Assembly (NCBI GenBank): GCA_031409335.1
Contig: JANNWY010000195.1
Coordinates: 1-64,000 of the forward strand
Length of the DNA stretch: 64,000 nucleotides
DNA from: Chthoniobacteraceae bacterium
GTDB taxonomy: Bacteria > Verrucomicrobiota > Verrucomicrobiia > Chthoniobacterales > Chthoniobacteraceae
Direction: 5' to 3'
Position 1 is the first letter of the stretch. Each line of letters opens with the position of its first letter. Below the pieces are notes generated by a model. That model saw only the letters and a list, made by a program, of their open reading frames with translations, searched no databases and had not been told where the DNA came from. Positions 45,952 to 55,200 of this stretch are shown piece by piece. The position numbers and the translations under genes are program-made.

Positions 45952-48900
45952 TCAGCGGCGCTTGCGCACCGGACCGCTCGGCAGCGGATCTTCCGGCCCG
46001 AGATCCAACCCGCCGCGACCGATCACGAGAAAGCTGCTGAAGTCCAGGCCAAGCCGCCGCGCGCACTGCTCGCGCAATTGCCTGGAGGCATCGACCAGCG
46101 CGTTGGGCAGGATGATGAGCGCGGCGGAAAGATCGAGTTCCGGCGCGACGATTTCGACGGTGCCCGCCGTCGTCCCCGTGGCAGTGATCGAAGTTTCCGA
46201 AGAGAGAAAATTGTCAGCCTGGAGAAAAATATTCCCACCCCGCCCGATCGCCGCGTCCGCTTTGATGACGCTGTGATCGAGCACCATGAATTCCGGGTCG
46301 ATGCTGATGTTCCCTCCCTGACCTCCGACGGGAGAAGGCGTGGTTCCAGCGATGGCGGTGATGCTGCTGTCGATGAGATGGATGAAATCCGGCGCGGCGA
46401 TGGTAATGCTGCCGCCGTTCAGTCCAGCACTTGCGGTGATGCCGCTGCCTTCGCGCAAGTCGATGCGGGTGCCGGAAGCGATGTTGATGTCCCCGGCGTT
46501 GGCCCGCACAGCGGAAACGCTGATGAAGCTGCCGCCGCGCATGAAAATATCCCCGTCCGCGCGCACCCGAACACTGCCGGCATTGCCGGTTCCCTCATTG
46601 GAACTGGCGATGGAAGCGCGTGAATCGAGCGCGAGCTTCCCGAGTTGCAGCCGCACCGATCCGCTCTCGCCCGCGCCGAGCGATCGCGCGGAAATGCCAG
46701 TCGAGGAATCGGACGCGCCGTTGATTTTGAGACTCCCCGCGGCGATTGAGATATCGCCGCCGCGCCCTCCTGCCCCGGTGTTCGTACTTTCCGCGCTGAT
46801 GAGCGTCGCACCGCTGCCATCGCCTTTCGTGCTCACAACCATCTCGCCAGCCGCAATCCCGACGTCGCCGCCGCGACTCGAGTTACTCGTTTGCGCAGAA
46901 ATCCGCGCGCCATTCGCGAGGGTCAACATGTTGGCTATGACATGCACGTCGCCGCCTCTGCCGGGAATGATCGGGACAAATCGCTCCGGCGGAATGTTCT
47001 CCACAATCAGCACCGAGAAAGGGAACGGGTCGGTCGCTACCACTGCTTTCGGTACGTCCGTCGAACTTCGCGTGAAGCCACCGGTGCTTAACGACCAGTT
47101 TTGGACAGTAATCGTCTCCGCCGGGTCGGATCCGCCAATGAACAACAGCCATTCGCCTTCGAAAAGAGTGCCATCGAAAACGCCGAGAAGTCCTTGCGGT
47201 TTAAAACGTCCGGTGAACGGCGCGGTGCCATTTTCAATGGGCGTTTTGGCGTTATCCGCAAGCGTTGTGTTTTCGAAACGCTGTTCCGTTCCGCCAACGC
47301 CGCTCAACAACGGAATGAAAATTTCCTGGTGAACGAGTCCCAAGGTGAGGTTTTGGGCTTGCGGAAGATCAATGGTAAACGCGATCTCGAGATCGGAAAC
47401 CTTTCTGGGTACGGGAACCTGCTCCGGGCCCGCCGTGTCGGAGGTGATGCGCGCGCCATCGAGCGCGATGCTTTTCGCGACAATGTCGAGCGTGCCGCCT
47501 GCGCCGGAGCCCGCCGTGGAAGCGGAGATGCTCGCGCCCGCACTAGCCTTGATCGAGTCGGCGCGAACGAGAATACGGCCGCCAGCGCCGCCGTTGATTC
47601 CTAGTGTGCTTTCGGCGCTGATGCTCGTGCGCTCGCCCGTCAGCGAGATGCTACTGGCGGTGATATCCGCGTTTCCCCCGAGGCCCGAGCCAAACGTGTT
47701 CACGGTGATCTGGCCGCGATCGGTGAGCACGAGCGGCCCGGCAATGCTCAAACGCAAATCGCCACCGGGACCGCCCGATTGCGGGTCGCGAGTGCTGGCA
47801 TTGATCCCCGTCAAACCCGAGGCACCCGCGCCGGAGATCCGCATGCTTCCAGCAGTGATGTCGATGCTGCCGCCCGCACCTGGGCTGAATGTCGCCGCAG
47901 TGATGAGGCCACCGCCAGTGATCGTGAGCGCGTCGCGTACGCGCAGCACGATGTTGCCGCCGCGCCCGTTGAGGCCGGGTTGCGACTCGGTGCTAATCGC
48001 GGTGAAGGACGGCAGGCCCTCACCGGCGATGCTCACGCTTTGCGCCGCGATCCCGATGTTCCCTCCCGCACCGCCGCCGCCGAAAGTGTCCGAACTAATC
48101 TTCCCGCCACCGCTGATCGAGAGAGATCCTGCAATGTCCAACTGCACGTTGCCGGCGCTAGCGCCGCTAGAGGTGTCGGCGGCGATGCCGGTTTGCGGAG
48201 CCCCTTGACCAATAATCGCGACCCGACCGGCTTTGACGAGGATGCTACCACCCGCCCCGGCATCCCCTGCAACGGTTTGAATGAGACTCCCCGTTTGGAT
48301 GTTAAGTTCGCCAGTCACGTCGAGGCGGATACTCGCGGCACCGGTGCCGGAAGAAGTTGTGCTGATTCCCGACCCCAGCCCACTGATCGAAATGCTGTCC
48401 GCGGATAGATGGAGGTCGCCGCCGCCAGAGGCGGACGCGTTGATAGAGCTGACATCCCGCAGGGTTAAAGCACCGCGAACTTTCACGTCCGCGCCGTGGA
48501 CGGGCCGACTCGCGGTGACTTCGATTTTCGAGCCTTCCATCGTCAGTCGTCCCCCGCGAATCACAACCCCAGTGGCGTTCAGAGACGCCCCGTTTTTCAT
48601 CCGAACATCGCCGCCGACCAGCGACCATTTTCCGAGGGGTGTCGGCAGTCCGGTGTCCGGGTCGGGCGGACCCTGCAACTGGCTGCCATCGACCGTGATC
48701 GGCCCGGCTCCCTTGCCAAGAAAACCGAACGCCGCCGGGGCCGCGCTCGTGAGCAGCGCGTCCGAGGGATCGCTGCGTTGCGCTTTGAAATGGCGACCGT
48801 CTTCGAGCGTGATGCGGTCGCCCGTGCTCACGGCGAATGAGCCGGTGACATCGACCGAAGCGCTCGGTCCGAAGACGACGCCTTTCGGATTCAGGAAGTA

Positions 48901-49224
48901 AAAATTCGCCCCGGCGATTTCGGATTTCAGCATTCCGTCGATCGTCGAAATGTTTCCGCCGGTGACGCGCGAGAGGATGTTCGTCACGTCCGCCGGCCCG
49001 GAGAAAGTGGCCGACTGGGTTTGGGCGAGGCTGAATTCGCTGAAGCTGTGGAACAGATTTCCGCCGACCTTTTTTCCAAGGCTCGCGGGAATCGCAAAGG
49101 CTGGGCCGGGCAGCGCCCCGGCTGCGCCGAAACTGCCGTCGGTGGCGACCTGCGCGCGGCTTGCGGACGGGAGGCCGACTGCGAGCAGTAGCAACCATCG
49201 GTAGCGAAAATTCACGTAATTCAT
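45952..49224 (-). CDS. Filamentous haemagglutinin family TpsA protein 3 (1090 aa) with an inserted P-domain-like module
   Basis: Clear signal peptide (ASRA-QV), GGNLFHSFSEF, FYFLNPKGVVFG, beta-helix repeats and the conserved C-terminal peptide. Confidence 0.95.
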   Translation of the reverse strand: MNYVNFRYRWLLLLAVGLPSASRAQVATDGSFGAAGALPGPAFAIPASLGKKVGGNLFHSFSEFSLAQTQSATFSGPADVTNILSRVTGGNISTIDGMLKSEIAGANFYFLNPKGVVFGPSASVDVTGSFAVSTGDRITLEDGRHFKAQRSDPSDALLTSAAPAAFGFLGKGAGPITVDGSQLQGPPDPDTGLPTPLGKWSLVGGDVRMKNGASLNATGVVIRGGRLTMEGSKIEVTASRPVHGADVKVRGALTLRDVSSINASASGGGDLHLSADSISISGLGSGISTTSSGTGAASIRLDVTGELNIQTGSLIQTVAGDAGAGGSILVKAGRVAIIGQGAPQTGIAADTSSGASAGNVQLDIAGSLSISGGGKISSDTFGGGGAGGNIGIAAQSVSIAGEGLPSFTAISTESQPGLNGRGGNIVLRVRDALTITGGGLITAATFSPGAGGSIDITAGSMRISGAGASGLTGINASTRDPQSGGPGGDLRLSIAGPLVLTDRGQITVNTFGSGLGGNADITASSISLTGERTSISAESTLGINGGAGGRILVRADSIKASAGASISASTAGSGAGGTLDIVAKSIALDGARITSDTAGPEQVPVPRKVSDLEIAFTIDLPQAQNLTLGLVHQEIFIPLLSGVGGTEQRFENTTLADNAKTPIENGTAPFTGRFKPQGLLGVFDGTLFEGEWLLFIGGSDPAETITVQNWSLSTGGFTRSSTDVPKAVVATDPFPFSVLIVENIPPERFVPIIPGRGGDVHVIANMLTLANGARISAQTSNSSRGGDVGIAAGEMVVSTKGDGSGATLISAESTNTGAGGRGGDISIAAGSLKINGASDSSTGISARSLGAGESGSVRLQLGKLALDSRASIASSNEGTGNAGSVRVRADGDIFMRGGSFISVSAVRANAGDINIASGTRIDLREGSGITASAGLNGGSITIAAPDFIHLIDSSITAIAGTTPSPVGGQGGNISIDPEFMVLDHSVIKADAAIGRGGNIFLQADNFLSSETSITATGTTAGTVEIVAPELDLSAALIILPNALVDASRQLREQCARRLGLDFSSFLVIGRGGLDLGPEDPLPSGPVRKRR

Positions 49225-49264
49225 GGTGTCGGGATCGAGGAATTTTCAGCCGGTTCCGATCTCC

Positions 49265-52200
49265 TCATGTAAGCGGCTCCCGCTTCCCACGCCGCAGAAG
49301 ACTCAGCGCTCCGAGCAACAGCAGGCTCAACGAACCGGGCTCCGGCACCGCTGGGCCGGCGGGGAGCAAGACACCTTCGCCGCTCAGGAAGTCCTCCGGC
49401 AAATCAAGCACCCCAGCGTTGTTCATATCGCCGCCGCCGTCGTCCGCGGGTGAAGGTCCCGCAGCGACCAACGTGGCCACTGCGCCGACACCGATATTGA
49501 GCGCGGTCAGAGTCTGGCTGGCTCCGAAGTTGGTCACTGCACTGACGTTCACCGTCGAGTTGGTGGCGTTGGCGTTGAGGTTCAAAATGCCGCCGGTGTT
49601 GTTGATCGTCGCGCCCGGCAGCGAAGACGTAAGCGTGGTCGTGCCCGCCAGCGTCTGGAGCGTGGCATAGCTCTGCGCCCCGCTGATGGTGACGGCACCC
49701 GCACCTTGCTTCACCACCGTGCCCGCGCCAGAGATGTCGCGGTTCATATTCCAAGTCCCATCGAGCCCGAGCGTCGCGCCCGCGGCGATCGAGACCGAAG
49801 TGGTCGCGGCGAGCGTGCCGGTCGCGCCGGAGAGGTTGAAGGTGAGCTTGCCAGCGCTGATCGTCGCCGTTCCAAAAGCGTGCGGTGCTGCGGCCACGTT
49901 ACGAATTTCCTGCGTGCCGAGACCAGTCTTCACCAGATTCAAGGGGCCACCGACTCGCGTGCGGATCAGGCCATTAAAGATGAAGTTGCTCGTGTTGTTG
50001 ATCGTCAGCGTAGCCGTCGGGGGAGCGCCGCTTTCCTGATTCTGAATGATCGAGAGCGTGTCGTCGGCGTCGGATTGAATCCCCGCGACCGTCTGGTTAA
50101 AACCACGCAACTCGAACTTGTTGTCGCGGCTCGGACCGTTGTTGAAGGTGACCACCGAAGTCGGACCAAATTGGTTCGGGGCACCCATAATCAGGAAGAT
50201 TCCGGCCTGCACGCCGGTCCCGAGCGTCACGTTTCCCGGCAGCGCGGTGCCGCCTGCGGAGCCCAGCACGAGATTGCCCTGCGAAAGCGTCGTCGTGCCG
50301 GTGAAAGTGTTGACGCCGGTGAGCGTCAGCGTGCCCGTCCCAGCCTTGGTGAGCCCACCGATGCCGGCGATCTGGCCGCCCAACGTCAGCGCGGTGGTGG
50401 TCGAGATCGTGCCCGCTCCGGTGAGGGTGAGCGCCCGGTTGGTGCTGCCGCTTGCGCCGGTGAATTGAAGCGTACCGCCGTTGAAGGTGATGTTGCTCCC
50501 CGCTCCGAGTGCGCTGGGCGAGCCGCCGTCTGCGATCGTCGGAATGCTGAGCGTGCCGAAGTTCAGGGTCATCGGCCCGGTGAAGCTGTTGGTCGTGCTG
50601 AGCGTGACGGTCCCGGTGCCGTCTTTGGTAAAGGGCAGGAATCCGGCGATCCCGTTCGATCCGGTGACGGTGTAGTTCTTCGTCGTGTTGTTGAAGCGGA
50701 TCAGCGCGGGGGTCACGTCCGCGCCGTTGATCGCCACCGCGGTGGTGGTCGCGAAGTCGCTGAAGAGCACGCTGTCGCTGGTGAGGAAGTCGGTCGTGAT
50801 CCCGTTGTTCGAGGCAAGCACCCAGTTCTTCGGCGGCCCGAGCACAGCGGTGCTCCACGCGCTGCCCAGCGCGCCGCTCCAGACGGGCGAGTCCACGGCG
50901 GTGACGTTGAGATCGATCGAAGTGTTGCCGGCGTTGTTCACCAGCGCCGCTGCGGTCCGCGGAGGAAGCGTTCCGAGGAGGAATCCGCCAAAGCCCCCGC
51001 CGCCAATGGCCCCCGTGTAGTCGATCAAGACCTGCAGGCCGAGCGCGAGCGTGCTGCCGCTCAGGTTCAATCTCACGGAGTTCGCCCCGCCGTTGGCCGC
51101 GAGACCGCCCATCGTGGTAACATTCAACCGCGAAAGCACAGAGCCGGTCGAGGCGAGGGCGACATTTGAAGGAGAGGCTGCGGCTCCGCCAAAGCTCAGC
51201 GTGCCCACGGTCAGAGTTCCCGCGCCGATGTCGCCTACACGCACGATGCTTGACGCCGCCGCGGACAATGTGCCGTTGATGGTTCCGGTACCCGCGACGG
51301 TGCCACCGACGATGACGGTCGTGAGGCTTCCCGCACCGACAGAACCGTTCACGAGAAAAGTGCCACCGTTCACATTGATCGCGCTGTTGTTCGGAAGCGA
51401 TCCGCTGAGCACGAGCGTGCCCGCGTTGACCGTGGTCGCGCCCGTGTAGGTGTTCGCGCCGGAGAGCGTCATCGTGCCCGTCCCGGCTTTCGTGACTCCG
51501 CCCGCGGCACCGCCATAGGTCACATTGGTTAGTGCAGACGAGACGAGCAGGTCGGTCGCCGCACTGCCGTCCGCCACCGTGAAGACGATCGGGCTCTGCA
51601 AGCCGAAGCTTGGAGCGTTGATCGTGGAGGTCGTTACCGAAGCGTTGGTCGTCACGGTCGATCCCGAGTTGATCGAATACACGCCGCTCGATCCATCGCC
51701 CGTGTTTCCCCCGGCAGAGGTCACGGTGCCACCCGTGAGGTTGAGACTCGGCACGGTCGTGCGGAAGTTGCCCGCTCCACCAGTGGTAACGGTGCCCCCA
51801 AGTACGTTGATGACCGAAGGCGCGCCGCCGAAAAATCCAAACGAATCCCCGATGTCCGACCGGAGCGTCGTGCTGGCGTTGACGGTCACTGCGCCTTGGC
51901 CCAGCCGACCGGTCTGGTCTCCGCCGCCGGCAGCCGCCAAGGTGCCGACCATGATGTTCACGCCTCCGGTAAACGTGTTCATACCGGCGAGTGTGAGCGT
52001 GCCGGCACCGGCTTTGACGAGGTTGGCCGCGTTGCCGGTGAAGCCGTCTTCGACCGTGCCGGACACAGTGAGCGTTCCGCCTGTGGCAACGGTGAAGTTG
52101 CGGGCCGCACCCGGCGACGACACGGCGAGGTTCACGCGGGCGGCGATCGTTGAGTTCGTCGAGGCATCGGCGGTGACATGGCCGAAAAGCCCCAGAAATC

Positions 52201-55200
52201 CACTTGCTGACCCGATGACGTTTCCGCCGTTGACGGCCAGCCCGCCAACGGTCTCGCTTTGCCCGTTGAGGTCGAGCGTGCCGCCGTTGAGCGTTACGAC
52301 AGCAGCATCGTTAATCTGGCTGCTCGCCGAGAGCCGCACGGTCGCACTGCTGCTGACCGTCAAAGCTCCGCTGATCGCCCCGCCGAAATTATTCGCGCCC
52401 CCCCCTTGCGGCTTGTTGAGCACGAGCGTGCCCGCGTTGACCGTGGTTGCGCCGGTGTAGGTGTTGTCGGCCGTGCCAGCGATCGTGACGGTGCCCGTGC
52501 CCAGCTTCATCACCGACCCCGCGCCGGTGATAGGGCGGTTCATCGTCCATGTGCCGTCAAGTCCGAGTTGCCCGCCAGCATTGACGAAAATCGTCGTGCC
52601 CGCGCCGAGCGAGCCGGTCACCCCGGAGAGGTTGAAAGTGAGCTTGCCGGCGTTGATCGTGGCCGTGCCAAAGTTGAGGGTGTCGGCGAAAGTGTTGCGG
52701 ATTTCCTGCGTGCCGGAACCGTTTTTCACGAGGTTCAGGGCCGCGCCACCGCCGCCCGAGAACGAGCGAATGATGCCGTTGAAAATGTGGTCGCCCGTGT
52801 TGTTGATGGTCAGCGTGGCCAGCGTGGGATTGCCGTTTTCCTCGTTCTGAATGATCGAAGCGACATCGTCCGCGTCGGAACTCAGGCCCGCGACGGTTTG
52901 ATTCGAGCCAAGCAACTCGAACTTCGCCGCGGCGTTCCCGTGATTGAAAGTCAGCACCGAGGTCGGGCCGAACTGATTGGCTGCGCCCATGCGCAAAAAG
53001 GCATTGTCCCCCAAGCTCGACCCGAGCGTGACGTTGCCCGGCAGCGCACTGCCGCCAGGGGAAGACGCCATGAGCGAGCGCGTCAGGATCAGCGTCGGGC
53101 CGGTGTAGCTGTTCACCCCGGTGAGCACGAGCGTGCCAGCGCCCGTCTTGATCAGCGAGCCGCTCCCGGAGATCGCACCCGTAAGCGTCAGCGTATTACT
53201 GATCGAGGGAATCGCCACCGTGCCATCTCCAGTGAGCGTGACCACCCGGTTCGTGGTGCCGCTCGCGCCGGTGAATTCGAGCGTGCCGCCATTGAAAACA
53301 AGGCTGCTTCCATCACCGAGCGGACTGGCCGTGCCGTTGTTCGCCACGGTCGGCACAGCCACGGTCCCGCTGTTCAACGTCATCGCGCCCGTGAAGGTAT
53401 TCGCCCCGCTCATGGTCAAAATGCCGGTGCCGGTTTTCGTCAGGCCGAACGCGCCGCCGGATTCCTGCACGATCGTGGAGATATTGAGCTGGCTGCTCCC
53501 TTCGACACGGATTTCGCCACTCGTTTTCAAGCTCAAGGCCAGCGTCCGCCCACCGGCACCCGTGCCGGCGATGGTGGAAACCACGTTGGCATTCGTCTTG
53601 ATGAGCGGAATGCCCGTGCCTCGTCCGCCATTGAGGCTCAAGATCATGTTGGTCGTGCCGCTCGCGTTCGTCAGCGTGGTGTTTGCCGTGCCCGTGAAGG
53701 AAATATCCTGGACTTCCGTGCTGCCGCCGAGGCTCGCGCCGTTGATGTCGATCGTCCCGGTCGCTGCGATCACCGCATTATCCGTGATCGCGGGAATGCC
53801 CGGCGTGAACCAGTTCCCGCCCGTCGCCCACGGTCCATTGTTCACGTTCAGCACTTTCGGAGAGATCACCCGGAATTCCGCGGCAAACCCACCGACCAGA
53901 CCCGCCCCAAAGTTGATCGAAGTCGGGACCATTTTATTCAAGGTCACCCCGAAGCCGTCCGGCACCCTTGCACCGTTGAGCGTGGCGACCACCGCCGCGC
54001 CTTGCAGAAATGGCGTCGAGTCCACTGCAGTGAAAAAGCCGCCCAGGAAAGTGAGGCCGTTCGATAGGCTGCCGAGTTGGAAGTCGAAAGCGATGCGGCT
54101 CGTCGCGCAAAGCGGCACGGCAAAAGGAGTGGTAGGATCGGTCAGGCGCAGCAGATCATTGCTCGGATCGTAGAGCGCGCCGGTATGACCGACATCGAAT
54201 CGAAAATCGGTTTCCTGCGTGGCATTGAGGGACACCGCCGTCAGGATGCCCGTGCCGAGCCCCGGCAGGGCGGTATTCCCGCCGGGCGAAACCGTCCCTC
54301 CGCCAGAGATCACGCTGACACTTCCCGTGCCTCCGAGCGTTGCCTCGGGCAAAAGCGCGATCGGCGAGCTGACGCTGCCCGTGACGAGCAACTTGCCATC
54401 GTTCACGATCGTGGGGCCGGTGTAGGCGTTCGTGCCGCTTAGCGTCAGGGTGCCCTGGCCAGATTTCGTCAAGCCACCGGTGGACGAACTCAGGATGGAA
54501 GAGCTGATCGTCAAGTCATCGGTTGGCAGGTCGGTGCGGACGATCAATTCCGTGGAACCGCCGGTCGTGATGCCGGACCCCGCTCCGCCAAAGATCGTCG
54601 AGGCCCCGCCCGCCTTGAGCAGCCCGCCTTCGGTCAGCGTCAGAGTCGCCCCGGCGGTGAGTCCGAAGGTCGTGTTGCCGCCGAGCCGCAAGGTCCGCCA
54701 CGAGGTGGAATTGAACACCGGAACAAACGCGAAATTCAGATTCACATGATTGCCGGGCGTCAGGGAATTCGTCGCCACGGTATTCGCGTCCGTGCCGTAA
54801 CTGAGCGCGCGCACAAAGCCGCCGGCATCGCGCGCGGCAAAGTTCGCGCCGTCGGCGAAAAGGCGCGGGCTCAGGATGCGGTTGACCGTGCCTGGGACGA
54901 AAATCTCTGCCCCGTTCAAGCCCGGGACGAAGTTTCCCGTCGCCCCCGCAGACGCGGAAAGGCTGGTGAAGGAAAGTCCGCTTTCCGTGGTGCCCATGCC
55001 GGGACTCGTGGTCAGGGTGGAGCGCACGTTCCCGTCGCCGGCCGTGAAAGCGAGCGCGCCATACGGCAGACGCAAGACGGCGTCGAAAGGCGTTTGGTTT
55101 TCCGCGCGATATTCAAACGCGCCGTTGCCCGCGAGCGTGACGTTCGTACTCGGAGGCGCGTTGAGATAGGCGTCAAGCAGCGCGAAATCGCCCGCGTCCA

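Noticed and set aside
34464..49224. Contact-dependent inhibition (CdiA/CdiI) system
   Set aside because: No VENN or pre-toxin motif, no variable toxin C-termini and no small immunity genes; the C-termini are conserved instead.
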